Shown piece after piece: positions 25,725-35,367 of a stretch of 64,000 nt of DNA (position 1 is its first letter; each line of letters begins with the position of its first letter). The position numbers were made by a program, and so were the translations under genes. This DNA comes from Alphaproteobacteria bacterium (lineage in GTDB: Bacteria; Pseudomonadota; Alphaproteobacteria; GCA-2731375), in contig CBDDPY010000002.1 of assembly GCA_965232515.1 (NCBI GenBank), positions 7,168,001 to 7,232,000 on the forward strand. Reading direction: 5' to 3'. Below the pieces are notes generated by a model. The model was not told the origin of the DNA and did not search any database. It saw only the letters and a program-made list of their open reading frames with translations.

Positions 25725-26558
25725 ATGACTTCGACGTTGACCCATCATCTGAACGACGCGCGTCGATACGCGCTGCTGAGCGCCGAGGAAGAGCAGGAAC
25801 TGGCGCGGCGCTGGCAGGAGGGCGCCGATGAAGCAGCGCTCGAGCGTCTGATCGGCAGCCATCTGCGTCTGGTGATCAAGATCGCCAAGGGTTTTCAGGG
25901 CTATGGCGTGCCGTTGGAAGATCTGATCGCCGAGGGCAAGGTCGGTCTCATGCAGGCGGCGCACAAGTTCGAGCCGGCGCGCCAGTTCCGCTTCTCGACC
26001 TACGCCATGTGGTGGATCCGGGCGGCGCTGCTGGAACACGTGATGCGCGCCTCGTCGCTGGTGCGTCTCGGCACGACGGCGGCGCAGAAGAAGCTGTTCT
26101 TCAACCTGCGGCGATTGAAGGCCGCCAATGACGAGTTCGGCTACGGCGACCTGCCGCCGGAGACCGTGTCGGCCATCGCCCAGGAATTGGATGTGTCCGA
26201 GGACGAGGTCGTCGAGATGAACCGGCGCCTGAGCGCCGTCGACCGTTCGCTGAATGCGCCCGTCGGCGAAGGTGATGGCGAAGGCCTCGACTTCCTGGTC
26301 GACGAGACGGAGGATCCGGAGGCCGTGTTGCTGGCCGAGGACGAGACGGCCAGACGGCGCCGGCGGTTGCATGACGCCCTGCAAACCTTGAAGCCGCGGG
26401 AGCGGGAGATCGTCACCGAGCGTCGTCTGAAAGAGGATCGGCCGACCCTGCAGATATTGAGCGAGCGTTACGGCGTCTCGCGAGAGCGCATCCGCCAGAT
26501 CGAGACCAACGCCGTTCAGAAGTTGAGCAAGACATTGCTGGCGCAGGACGCCGCCTGA
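25725..26558 (+). CDS. rpoH: RNA polymerase sigma-32 family factor (RpoH paralog)
   Basis: RpoH box QKKLFFNLR, region 2 FRFSTYAMWWIRA and region 4 GVSRERIRQIE; GAGGT RBS before ATG 25725. Confidence 0.88.
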   Translation: MTSTLTHHLNDARRYALLSAEEEQELARRWQEGADEAALERLIGSHLRLVIKIAKGFQGYGVPLEDLIAEGKVGLMQAAHKFEPARQFRFSTYAMWWIRAALLEHVMRASSLVRLGTTAAQKKLFFNLRRLKAANDEFGYGDLPPETVSAIAQELDVSEDEVVEMNRRLSAVDRSLNAPVGEGDGEGLDFLVDETEDPEAVLLAEDETARRRRRLHDALQTLKPREREIVTERRLKEDRPTLQILSERYGVSRERIRQIETNAVQKLSKTLLAQDAA

Positions 26559-26567
26559 TCCTGATTG

Positions 26568-26581
26568 TTGACATTCATCAA
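26568..26581. promoter_or_regulatory. FNR/FixK-type box
   Basis: TTGACATTCATCAA upstream of the acyl-CoA ligase. Confidence 0.8.
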
Positions 26582-26624
26582 TGCCGTGCGTGTCGATGCG
26601 CACATCATCCTGGCATGACCCATA

Positions 26625-28547
26625 ATGCATCGATGGGGTGCCGGCGTGCGCACGGTCGCCAGTCTCGCAGTCCGAAACGACCGCGCCCCCGATCTTGACG
26701 GCAGGTCTGGCGAGCCGCAGAAGGCGTCGCTCGCGCCCCATGTCATCGGCTGCGCGCAAGCCGAGACGTTGCCGACGCTCTTCGCGTTGCGTGTCGCGCG
26801 AACGCCGGATGCTGTGGCTTACATCGACTACGATGCCGCCGCCGGTGGCTGGCGCCGGCATAGCTGGCGGTCAATGTCGGCGCGGGTGGCGCGGTGGCGT
26901 CAGGGGTTTCTGCGGGAAGGACTGCAGCCGGGGGATCGGGTTGCCGTAGCGTTGCCGAACGGCATCGACTGGGTCTGCTTCGATCTGGCGGCGTTATCGC
27001 TTGGCCTGGTCGTCGTGCCGCTCTACCTGTCGGACTCGCCCGGCAACATGGCCTATATCCTCGCCGATTCCGGCGCCACGCTGTTGCTGATGGATTCGCA
27101 GGCGACATGGTGTGCGCTGACCCCGCATCGCGATGGGTTTCCCGATCTCGGGCGCGTGCTGTGCGCCGCCGGGCCGGTCACACCCACCGCGGAGGCGGGA
27201 TTGCTGCGAAGCCTGGCCGACTGGCTGCCGGACGAAGGTGCGGCAAGCAACGGGCCCGAGATCGGCGCTGACGACCTCGCGACAATTGTCTACACGTCGG
27301 GCACAACCGGCCGGCCCAAGGGGGTGATGCTGTCGCATCGCAATCTGCTGTGGGACGCCGAGGCCGTGGCCCGAAACGTTACGCCGTCGCCTGACGACAT
27401 CTTCCTCTCCTTTCTGCCGCTCACCCATTGCTTCGAGCGCACGCTCGGCTACTACCTGCCGATGATGGCGGGATCGTCCGTCGCCTATGCCCGGTCGATC
27501 GAGACGTTGGTTGAGGATCTGGGCGCGGTCCGACCGACGGTGATGCTGTCCGTCCCTCGCGTCTATGAACGTGCGTTCGCGGCGATCCAAGAGCGCATCG
27601 CCAGCAGCCGGTGGCAGCGCATGTTGCTGGACCGGGCGATTGCGGCCGGATGGCGGCGGTTCGAAGTGAGTCGCGGTCGCGCCGACCCGGCATCGTGGCG
27701 ACAGCGTCTGGAATGGTGGTTGCTGCGTCGTCTGGTCGCCGATCGGATTCTGAACCGGTTCGGTGGCCGGCTTCGCGTCGCCGTCAGCGGCGGCGCACCC
27801 TTGCCCGAACGGGTGGCGCGGTTCTTCCTGGCCCTGGGCCTGCCGGTCGTCGAGGGCTATGGCCTGACCGAGGCGGCGCCGTCCGTTACCGGCAACAGTC
27901 TGGACGATAACGTCCCCGGCTCGGTGGGCCCGCCGCTGCCGGGCATCGAGGTGCGGCTGGGGCCGGATGACGAATTGCTGGTAAAGGCGCCGAGCGTCAT
28001 GCTGGGCTATTGGCGACGGCCGGAGGATACCCGCGCCGCGATTGATCGGGACGGTTGGCTGCATACAGGCGATACGGCCGAGATCCGGGAGGGGCGGGTC
28101 TACATTCGCGGCCGCCGGAAGGACATTTTGGTGATGTCGACCGGGGAGAAGGCGGCGCCCGGCGACCTGGAAGCGGCGATCCAGCTCGATCCGCTGTTCG
28201 ACCAGGTCATCGTCGTCGGTGAAGGGCGGCCGTATCTCGCCGCGATTGCCGTGTTGAACCGGACGCAGTGGCGCAGACTTGCCGCCGACCACGGGTTGAC
28301 GCCGGACGACCCGGCGGCGCTGTCGAAACCGGCGGTGGTCAATGTCGCCGTGGCGCGCATGGCGGCCGTGCTGACATCGTTTCCGTCTCACGCGCAAATC
28401 CGTGCGATCAGGCTTTTGCGCGACCCGTGGACGATCGGCGACGGACTGCTGACTCCGACCATGAAAGTGAAGCGCGCACAGGTCGAGGCGCGGCATGCCG
28501 CCGATATCGAGGCTTTGTATGCCGGCCACGAAACGCCGGTTTGTTGA
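26625..28547 (+). CDS. Long-chain fatty acid-CoA ligase (AMP-binding family)
   Basis: YTSGTTGRPKG P-loop, EGYGLTE, WLHTGD, RGRRKD and LTPTMKVKR. Confidence 0.9.
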   Translation: MHRWGAGVRTVASLAVRNDRAPDLDGRSGEPQKASLAPHVIGCAQAETLPTLFALRVARTPDAVAYIDYDAAAGGWRRHSWRSMSARVARWRQGFLREGLQPGDRVAVALPNGIDWVCFDLAALSLGLVVVPLYLSDSPGNMAYILADSGATLLLMDSQATWCALTPHRDGFPDLGRVLCAAGPVTPTAEAGLLRSLADWLPDEGAASNGPEIGADDLATIVYTSGTTGRPKGVMLSHRNLLWDAEAVARNVTPSPDDIFLSFLPLTHCFERTLGYYLPMMAGSSVAYARSIETLVEDLGAVRPTVMLSVPRVYERAFAAIQERIASSRWQRMLLDRAIAAGWRRFEVSRGRADPASWRQRLEWWLLRRLVADRILNRFGGRLRVAVSGGAPLPERVARFFLALGLPVVEGYGLTEAAPSVTGNSLDDNVPGSVGPPLPGIEVRLGPDDELLVKAPSVMLGYWRRPEDTRAAIDRDGWLHTGDTAEIREGRVYIRGRRKDILVMSTGEKAAPGDLEAAIQLDPLFDQVIVVGEGRPYLAAIAVLNRTQWRRLAADHGLTPDDPAALSKPAVVNVAVARMAAVLTSFPSHAQIRAIRLLRDPWTIGDGLLTPTMKVKRAQVEARHAADIEALYAGHETPVC

Positions 28548-28557
28548 TGGAGGTCAA
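28544..28557. promoter_or_regulatory. FNR/FixK-type box overlapping the ligase stop codon
   Basis: TTGATGGAGGTCAA upstream of the DUF2267-like gene. Confidence 0.75.
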
Positions 28558-28625
28558 GTTCGTCGGCGTCGGGGTGACTATGCTGGACGAACGACAACGC
28601 CGCGAAGCCGACAGGACGGGAACGC

Positions 28626-29066
28626 TTGCGACAACCAGGCAACAGCGGAGAGCGGGAGATCTTTGGCGCCGCCATGACAGACGCGGCGGACTGGGTCGAC
28701 GATCTGCTGGACCGGTTGGACTGGCGGCACAGGGAAACGGCCTTGCTGGCGCTGCGCGCGACCTTGCAGACGTTGCGCGACCACTTGCCCGTCGACGAGG
28801 CCGTGAATCTTGGCGGTGAACTGCCGCTGGTTTTGCGCGGTCTCTACTACGACGGCTGGCATCCGGCGACCAAACCGCTGGCGTTGCCGGACCGGCAGAC
28901 GTTCCTCGAGCGGGTCCATGCCGGCATGCACCGCGATCCGGGCATCGATGCGGAACAGGTCGTGCGCGGTGTCTTCGCCCTGCTGTCCGAGCGGATCAGC
29001 GATGTCGAAATTCAGGGCGTAAAGGTCGTTCTGCCGGAGACGCTGCGGGGGCTTTGGCCCGACTGA
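28626..29066 (+). CDS. DUF2267-like protein
   Basis: ALRATL..LRD.L...EA..LG..LP...RG.YYDGW.P and C-terminal LP..LR.LW. Start uncertain. Confidence 0.8.
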   Translation: MRQPGNSGEREIFGAAMTDAADWVDDLLDRLDWRHRETALLALRATLQTLRDHLPVDEAVNLGGELPLVLRGLYYDGWHPATKPLALPDRQTFLERVHAGMHRDPGIDAEQVVRGVFALLSERISDVEIQGVKVVLPETLRGLWPD

Positions 29067-29081
29067 AACAGCGAAACCCCG

Positions 29082-29095
29082 TTGACGTGGGTCAA
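29082..29095. promoter_or_regulatory. FNR/FixK-type box
   Basis: TTGACGTGGGTCAA upstream of nfeD. Confidence 0.8.
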
Positions 29096-29129
29096 CGCGC
29101 GATGCCGTCGGCCGCGCAGAAGATCGCAT

Positions 29130-30551
29130 GTGCCTATTTGCTGTCGTCAACGACCGCCAACCGAGCGCCCATTCGGACGCGCTCGGCGCTTCGCGACGTC
29201 CGTCGGCTGGCTGCCCGGTGCTCTGTTGCTGACCGGCCTGTTGATCTTGGGGCTGGGCGCACCGCTCGGCGCGCAGAATGACCGGACGGCCGTACTGCTC
29301 GATCTGAAGGGACCAATCGGACCGGCACTGAGCGATTATGTCCGGCGTGGCTTGGCGAAGGCGCAGGACCGCAACGCGACCGTCGTGGTGCTGCGTATCG
29401 ATACGCCCGGCGGGCTCGACGCCTCGATGCGCGAGATCGTCCAGGACATTCTGGCATCGCCGATACCGATCGTGGGCTACGTGACGCCGAGCGGCGCGCG
29501 TGCCGCCAGCGCCGGTACCTACATCCTCTACGCCACGCATATCGCCGCCATGGCGCCGGGCACCAATCTGGGCGCGGCGACGCCGGTCCAGATCGGGGCG
29601 CCGCGCAGCCCGTTTCCATTGCCGCGCGGCGGCGACGAGGAAACCGAGCGCGACGATGCGGAAAAGCCGCCTGCCATGGAAGAGAAGGCGATCAGCGACG
29701 CCATCGCCTACATCCGCAGTCTGGCTCAACTTCGGGGCCGCAATGTCGAGTGGGCAGAGCGCGCCGTACGCGAGGCCGCCAGCCTGTCGGCGGCGGACGC
29801 GCTGGAGATGGGCGTGATCGACCTGGTGGCGGAAAGCCTCGGCGTGCTGTTCGAGCGTTTGAATGGTCGGACCGTGGCGCTCGCCGACGGCGACCGGACA
29901 CTCGAGACGGTGCCGATCACGATTCACGCCATCGAGCCGGACTGGCGCACCGAGCTGCTGGCCGTCATCACCAATCCGAACGTCGCGCTGCTGCTGATGT
30001 TGCTCGGCTTCTACGGCATCGTGCTCGAATTCTACAACCCCGGCATGATCTTTCCGGGCGTGATCGGCGCCATCAGTCTGCTGCTGGCGCTCTATGCGCT
30101 GCAGGTCCTGCCCGTCAACTACGTGGGCCTGGCGCTGATGCTGCTCGGCCTCGGGCTGATGCTGGCCGAAGTCTTCTATCCGGGCTTCGGCGCGCTCGGG
30201 CTGGGGGGCGTCGCCGCCTTCGTCATCGGCTCGATTATGCTGCTGGAGACCGACGTGCCGGGCTTCGGCGTGTCCCGGCTGCTGATCGGCAGCATCGCCG
30301 GCATCAGCGCCGGCGGGTTCCTGCTGTTGCTGATGTTCCTGATGCGATCGCGACGCCGCGTGCCGGTGACGGGCATGGAGGAGATGATCGGCAGCGGCGG
30401 CGAAGTGATCGACTGGACCGGCGACATGGGACACGTGCGGGTGCACGGCGAAGTCTGGCGCGCGTCGGCGGACGAAACCCTGGCGCCGGGCGCGCCGGTG
30501 CGGGTCGAGCGGATCGACGGCCTGACGCTGGTCGTCCGGCCTGCCGCCTAA
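29130..30551 (+). CDS. nfeD: NfeD membrane-bound serine protease (ClpP class)
   Basis: IDTPGG, RAASAG (catalytic Ser), GAATPV, multi-TM region and C-terminal GEVWRA OB-fold. Start uncertain (GTG 29130 used). Confidence 0.9.
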   Translation: MPICCRQRPPTERPFGRARRFATSVGWLPGALLLTGLLILGLGAPLGAQNDRTAVLLDLKGPIGPALSDYVRRGLAKAQDRNATVVVLRIDTPGGLDASMREIVQDILASPIPIVGYVTPSGARAASAGTYILYATHIAAMAPGTNLGAATPVQIGAPRSPFPLPRGGDEETERDDAEKPPAMEEKAISDAIAYIRSLAQLRGRNVEWAERAVREAASLSAADALEMGVIDLVAESLGVLFERLNGRTVALADGDRTLETVPITIHAIEPDWRTELLAVITNPNVALLLMLLGFYGIVLEFYNPGMIFPGVIGAISLLLALYALQVLPVNYVGLALMLLGLGLMLAEVFYPGFGALGLGGVAAFVIGSIMLLETDVPGFGVSRLLIGSIAGISAGGFLLLLMFLMRSRRRVPVTGMEEMIGSGGEVIDWTGDMGHVRVHGEVWRASADETLAPGAPVRVERIDGLTLVVRPAA

Positions 30552-30568
30552 CGGAAGGACACGAAGCC

Positions 30569-31351
30569 ATGGCCTGGGTTATCAACGATTTGCTGATCGT
30601 GATTGTCGTTCTGCTGCCGCTTCTGTTGTTGCTCTATTCGCTCAAAATTTTGCGCGAGTACGAGCGCGGCGTTGTGTTCCTGCTCGGCCGGTTCTGGAAG
30701 GTGAAGGGCCCGGGCCTGGTGATCATCGTGCCGGTGATCCAGCAGATGGTCCGCGTCGATCTGCGCACGCGCGTGCACGACGTGCCGGAGCAGGATGTGA
30801 TCTCGCGCGACAACGTCTCGGTGAAGGTCAATGCGGTGGTCTATTTCCGGGTGCTGGATGCGCAGAAATCGATCCTGCAGGTCGAGGACTTCATGGCCGC
30901 GACCAGTCAGCTTGCCCAGACCACGCTGAGGTCGGTGTTGGGGCAGCACGATCTCGACGAAATGCTGGCCGAGCGCGAGCGGTTGAACAAGGATATCCAA
31001 CGCATCCTCGACGAACAGACGGACGCCTGGGGCATTAAGGTCTCGAACGTCGAGCTGAAGCATGTCGACCTGGACGAGAGCATGATCCGGGCCATCGCCA
31101 AGCAGGCCGAGGCCGAGCGGGTCCGCCGCGCCAAGGTGATCGACGCCGCGGGCGAGGCGCAGGCGGCCGAGAAGTTCCTGGAAGCGGCGGAAATTCTGTC
31201 GGCTCGGCCGCAGGCGCTGCAGCTGCGCTACTTGACGACGCTGCACGCCATTGCCGGCGACCGAAGCTCGACCGTCGTCTTTCCGTTCCCGATGGAGCTG
31301 ATGCAGGCCTTCGGATCGTTCCGGCCCGTCGCGGCGGCCGGCGATGACTGA
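30569..31351 (+). CDS. Slipin/stomatin (SPFH, band 7) protein
   Basis: [24 protein letters not shown] and ALQLRYL; canonical partner of NfeD. Confidence 0.92.
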   Translation: MAWVINDLLIVIVVLLPLLLLLYSLKILREYERGVVFLLGRFWKVKGPGLVIIVPVIQQMVRVDLRTRVHDVPEQDVISRDNVSVKVNAVVYFRVLDAQKSILQVEDFMAATSQLAQTTLRSVLGQHDLDEMLAERERLNKDIQRILDEQTDAWGIKVSNVELKHVDLDESMIRAIAKQAEAERVRRAKVIDAAGEAQAAEKFLEAAEILSARPQALQLRYLTTLHAIAGDRSSTVVFPFPMELMQAFGSFRPVAAAGDD

Positions 31352-31367
31352 CGGGGGTCGGTAGTTC

Positions 31368-32714
31368 CTAGGAGCGCGCGGGTTTCGGTGTCAGGAAGGC
31401 GACCACGACAGTGGCGACGATGGCGCCGAGGACCAGCAGCACGACCGTCGATAGGTCGTCCAGCAGTGACGGCGCCAGCAGCAGGACCAGCCCCAGACCC
31501 GCCATCATCAGGCCCGACAACAGCTTCAGGATGCGGCCCTCGCGTTCGCTCAGCTTGCGCGCGCCCAGGGTGACGACAAAGGCGATCACGATCATCAGCA
31601 TCGGCAAGACGTAGATCAGGTTGTAGAGGCCGAGATAGCCGTAGTAGCCGCCTGTCGACAAATCGCGCAGCGTGACAATGCGCGTGAACACCAAGGGGAA
31701 GCCGGCCGTGCACAGGAGCTCGTAGCTGTTCGCGGCGATCGCCAGCGTAACCGTGCCGAGAAGCATCGCCGGCAGCGTCGACGCGCCGACCAGGCCGCGC
31801 ATCCGGCGGAAGAGCCCCGGCTTCGCCGCGCTTGGGATCGACAGCGAAGGACCGGTGGAGAACCAGAAGAAGTCCTTGATGTTGAGGCTCGCAAGGACCA
31901 GCGCGATAAGACCGGCCGCCACCGTCACCAGACGCATGCCACCGATTACCTGGAACAGGTTGAGCCAGGCGGCCATGAAGGCGAAATAGATCAGGCCCGA
32001 GAACAGCACGAAGACGCCGCCGACCAGCAACATGCGGCCGCGGCTGCGGGCGTGCACCATCAGGCTGAGCAGAAACAGCAGCACGAAGAAGGCGCAAGGG
32101 TTGAAGGCGTCCAGGCCGGCCAGCAGAACGGTTAGAACCGGCAACGACAAGTCGGCCGGATCGATATCGGGAAAGAACGGCAACGACAGGTCCACAGCCG
32201 GCGCGGCCGGCAGCGCGCCCTCGGCGGCAATCCGCTGCCGACAGTCGAGCAAGTGCTGCCGCAGACGTTCGCCTGTTGTCGCGGCACTGCTGAAGCCGAT
32301 GAAGCCCTGGCCGCAGAAGAAGAAGGCGGGCACGCCGACGCTGTCGAGATCGACCGTGTGCAGGAACCGCTCGAACAGGCGCGCGTTTTCGGGACTGCGC
32401 GTGATCTCCAGCACTTCGGCCCGCAGCCAGTCATTCTCCTGGTCCAGCCGATGAATGAACGGCAGCGCGCGTCTGCAATAGGTGCAGTTCACGGCGTGAA
32501 ACATGTAAAGCACGATGCGGCGATCGTCGGATTCCGCATCCTCGACCCAGACGATGCGGTCTTCCGCCAACATTTGTGTCGTCGCGCGAGTTGCGCCGGG
32601 ACAAAGCGACAGGATCGTTGCAACGGCGATGGCCGTGACCAGTTGCCATGCCGTGAACCGGTGATGTTGGGGCGGAACAACGCCGTCATTCGGTGCTGGC
32701 CTGCTGTTCGACAT
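31368..32714 (-). CDS. Thioredoxin/glutaredoxin-like domain fused to a CcdA/DsbD-like membrane domain
   Basis: Signal-like segment, CTYC and GVP in the N-domain, then DAFNPCA and ELLCTAG within ~7 TM helices. Confidence 0.8.
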   Translation of the reverse strand: MSNSRPAPNDGVVPPQHHRFTAWQLVTAIAVATILSLCPGATRATTQMLAEDRIVWVEDAESDDRRIVLYMFHAVNCTYCRRALPFIHRLDQENDWLRAEVLEITRSPENARLFERFLHTVDLDSVGVPAFFFCGQGFIGFSSAATTGERLRQHLLDCRQRIAAEGALPAAPAVDLSLPFFPDIDPADLSLPVLTVLLAGLDAFNPCAFFVLLFLLSLMVHARSRGRMLLVGGVFVLFSGLIYFAFMAAWLNLFQVIGGMRLVTVAAGLIALVLASLNIKDFFWFSTGPSLSIPSAAKPGLFRRMRGLVGASTLPAMLLGTVTLAIAANSYELLCTAGFPLVFTRIVTLRDLSTGGYYGYLGLYNLIYVLPMLMIVIAFVVTLGARKLSEREGRILKLLSGLMMAGLGLVLLLAPSLLDDLSTVVLLVLGAIVATVVVAFLTPKPARS

Positions 32715-32790
32715 GGGTGAACCTATGCGGACGCTACCGGCTGGCTTTTTACGAGGATGCTGACCGTCGCCGCTGGATCGCGAAGCGGCA

Positions 32791-32804
32791 TTGACAGGGG
32801 TCAA
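32791..32804. promoter_or_regulatory. FNR/FixK-type box
   Basis: TTGACAGGGGTCAA between the divergent thioredoxin-membrane and M28 genes. Confidence 0.8.
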
Positions 32805-32843
32805 CCTCCCAGCCCCGGAGCCTGTGCGAGAACAAAGCGCCGG

Positions 32844-33758
32844 ATGGGTGGCGAAACGCAGCAAAGCTCAGTGTCCGATTTCGTAACAACGCCCGATATC
32901 GTACGGCGGCACGTACATGTGCTGGCGGCGGAGATCGGCGAGCGCAATGTCTGGCGCCCGACAGCGCTGACTGCCGCCGCGGACTACATTGAAACAACCT
33001 GGCGGGATCAGGGCTATCAGGTTCAGCGCCAGCGCTACGACGTCGAAGGCGTCACATGCGCCAACCTGTTCGTCGAGCGTGTCGGCCGCCGTCGTCCTGA
33101 CGCCATGCTGGTGGTCGGCGCGCACTACGACACCGTGTCGGGCAGTCCCGGCGCCGACGACAACGCCAGCGGCGTTGCCGCGCTGCTGGAGATCGCGCGC
33201 GGCTTCGCAGATCTGACGCCGGCGCTGACGGTGCGGTTCGTCGCGTTCGTGAACGAGGAGCCGCCGTTCTTCATGACGCGGCGACAGGGCAGCATGGTCT
33301 ATGCCGCCCGTGCCCGCGACGGCGGCGAGGATATCCGTCTGATGGTGTCGCTGGAGATGCTGGGCTATTTCAGCGACGATCTCGGCAGCCAGAAGTATCC
33401 CCCGTTTTTCCGCTGGTTCTACCCGAACCGCGGCAACTTCCTGGGCTTCGTCAGCAATTTTCGCTCCCGCGCAGCCATGCGCCGGGCGGCACGGATCTTC
33501 CAGCGGGAGTCGGATCTGCCGCTTGAGCACCTGGCGACCCTGGCCCTGATACCGGGCGTCAGCTGGAGCGACCATCGCTCGTTTTGGCGGCACGGTTATC
33601 CGGCTTTCATGGCCACCGACACGGCGTTCTATCGCAATCCCGACTATCACACGTCCCGGGACACGCCCGACAAGTTGTCCTATGTCGAGCTGGCGCGGGC
33701 GACGGACGGCCTGTTTCGCACGTTCGCCGTGCTTGCCGACGAATTGCGCGCGGACTAA
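32844..33758 (+). CDS. M28 family metallopeptidase
   Basis: GAHYD, GADDNASG, NEE, SDH and YHT..DT motifs. Confidence 0.88.
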   Translation: MGGETQQSSVSDFVTTPDIVRRHVHVLAAEIGERNVWRPTALTAAADYIETTWRDQGYQVQRQRYDVEGVTCANLFVERVGRRRPDAMLVVGAHYDTVSGSPGADDNASGVAALLEIARGFADLTPALTVRFVAFVNEEPPFFMTRRQGSMVYAARARDGGEDIRLMVSLEMLGYFSDDLGSQKYPPFFRWFYPNRGNFLGFVSNFRSRAAMRRAARIFQRESDLPLEHLATLALIPGVSWSDHRSFWRHGYPAFMATDTAFYRNPDYHTSRDTPDKLSYVELARATDGLFRTFAVLADELRAD

Positions 33759-33779
33759 CGCCGCAGTCGTTTCAAGCCG

Positions 33780-34457
33780 TCAGCACGTTTCGGTATCGGT
33801 CGTCGTCTGAAGCGGCGCCTGCTTCAGGAGCGCGATGACCTCGTCGTCGTCGGTTTGCGTGAAGTCGGCATAGTGGCGGCCGATCGCATGGAACGGCGCG
33901 GGCGTCGCCAAGCAGACGATGTCATCGACCTCGGCGCGCAGACGGTCCAGCGTATCGCGCGGCGCGACGGCGGTCGCGAGCACCAGCCGCGCCGGCTTAC
34001 GCCGCCGAATGGCGCGCAGGGCGGCGCGAACGGTGGCGCCGGTGGCGATGCCATCATCGACCACGATGGCCACATGGCCCGTGATGTCGGCGCGCGGCCG
34101 GTCGCCGAGATAGAGCTGCCGGCGACGGTCGATCTCGCGGGACTGCCGTGTCGCTTCGTCTTGCAGATAGTCTTCGGTTACGTGCAGGCTGGCGGCGATC
34201 ACCTCGTTGACCACGGTTTCGGGCTCATCGCCGTCAACCACGGCGGCAACCGCCAGCTCGGGCTGGTTCGGCGCGCCGATTTTTCGCACCAAGGCGAGGT
34301 CGAACGGGGCGTCTAGAGATTTCGCGATTTCGAATCCAACGGGAACGCCGCCGCGGGGCAGCGCGAGCACGACCGGCCTTTGGTCCCTGAAACGAGCGAG
34401 GCGTTCGGCCAGTCGGCGGCCAGCGTCACGACGATCCGCGAACAGCGAAGAAACCAT
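33780..34457 (-). CDS. Phosphoribosyltransferase (type I PRT)
   Basis: F.DRRDAG..LA, LPRGG, VRKIGAP and PRPP loop VVDDGIATGAT. Start reassigned to ATG 34457. Confidence 0.9.
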   Translation of the reverse strand: MVSSLFADRRDAGRRLAERLARFRDQRPVVLALPRGGVPVGFEIAKSLDAPFDLALVRKIGAPNQPELAVAAVVDGDEPETVVNEVIAASLHVTEDYLQDEATRQSREIDRRRQLYLGDRPRADITGHVAIVVDDGIATGATVRAALRAIRRRKPARLVLATAVAPRDTLDRLRAEVDDIVCLATPAPFHAIGRHYADFTQTDDDEVIALLKQAPLQTTTDTETC

Positions 34458-34465
34458 GCCGCTGC

Positions 34466-35137
34466 TCACTGACGAAAATGGTTGTGGAACCAGCGGCACG
34501 TCAAATGGATGACGGTGTCGAGCGCGCCGGGTTCCTCGAACAGGTGCGTGGCGCCCGGAACGATGCGCAGCTCTTTCTCGCAATTCAGTCGCGCAAAGGC
34601 GTCGCGGTTGCGATCGAGCACGGCCTCGTCCCACTCGCCGACGATCAGCAGCGTCGGTGCGGTGACGTCCGACAGCGCATCGATAGCCATGGCTGGCCGA
34701 CCGCTGCGGGAGACCACGGCGCGGATGTCGTGCTTGCCGAGCGTAGCGGCGGTAAGCGCCGCGGCGGCACCGGTGCCGGCGCCGAAGTAGCCAAGACGAA
34801 GCCCACTTGTGCGCTGGTATTCGGCGGCCCAGTTAGAGGCGGACAACAGGCGTTGAGCGAGCAGCGGGATGTCGGACAGGTTGGCGCGGATTTCGGTTTC
34901 TGACACGGACAGGAGGTCGAGCAGCAGCGTTGCCATTCCCGCGCGCTGCAATCCTCTTGCGACATAGGTGTTGCGCGGGCTCAAGCGGTTGCTGCCGCTG
35001 CCGTGCGCGAACACGATGACGGTATCAGCGTCGTCGGGCACGGTGAGGATCCCCGGGAGCCCGTGCGGCGGGATCTGTACGGGCTTGTCGGTCGCTTTCC
35101 GGCGAACGGACTCCGGGATGTCAGCGTCCAGGCTCAT
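34466..35137 (-). CDS. Dienelactone hydrolase-family alpha/beta hydrolase
   Basis: FAHGSGS, GYFGAGTG, PTLLIVG and ATHLFEE. Confidence 0.85.
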   Translation of the reverse strand: MSLDADIPESVRRKATDKPVQIPPHGLPGILTVPDDADTVIVFAHGSGSNRLSPRNTYVARGLQRAGMATLLLDLLSVSETEIRANLSDIPLLAQRLLSASNWAAEYQRTSGLRLGYFGAGTGAAAALTAATLGKHDIRAVVSRSGRPAMAIDALSDVTAPTLLIVGEWDEAVLDRNRDAFARLNCEKELRIVPGATHLFEEPGALDTVIHLTCRWFHNHFRQ

Positions 35138-35226
35138 GGCGTCGTCCCCAAATTGTACGATGTCGCGCGCGTTGATCGGCATTCAATTTTGATGCCCATA
35201 CTGGCGATGGGCATGCCAGTGCGTCA

Positions 35227-35240
35227 TTGACCCAGATCAC
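35227..35240. promoter_or_regulatory. FNR/FixK-type box (1 mismatch)
   Basis: TTGACCCAGATCAC upstream of the hydrolase-PRT unit. Confidence 0.6.
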
Positions 35241-35316
35241 GGGCGATTGCTCCGGCGTGTCGCTGGATTCGCGTGCGGGTTGTTTTCCGCTTACGGCTCT
35301 CCGGAAGGGAAGGCTC

Positions 35317-35330
35317 TTGACTTCGGTTAA
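35317..35330. promoter_or_regulatory. FNR/NnrR/DNR-type box (1 mismatch)
   Basis: TTGACTTCGGTTAA upstream of nnrS. Confidence 0.6.
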
Positions 35331-35367
35331 GGGACTTCCGGGGCGGTTCTGATCTGGTGCTGACACG

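Noticed and set aside
35172-35186. TTGATCGGCATTCAA as an additional FNR box
   Set aside because: The spacer is one base too long (15 bp), and a better site exists at 35227.
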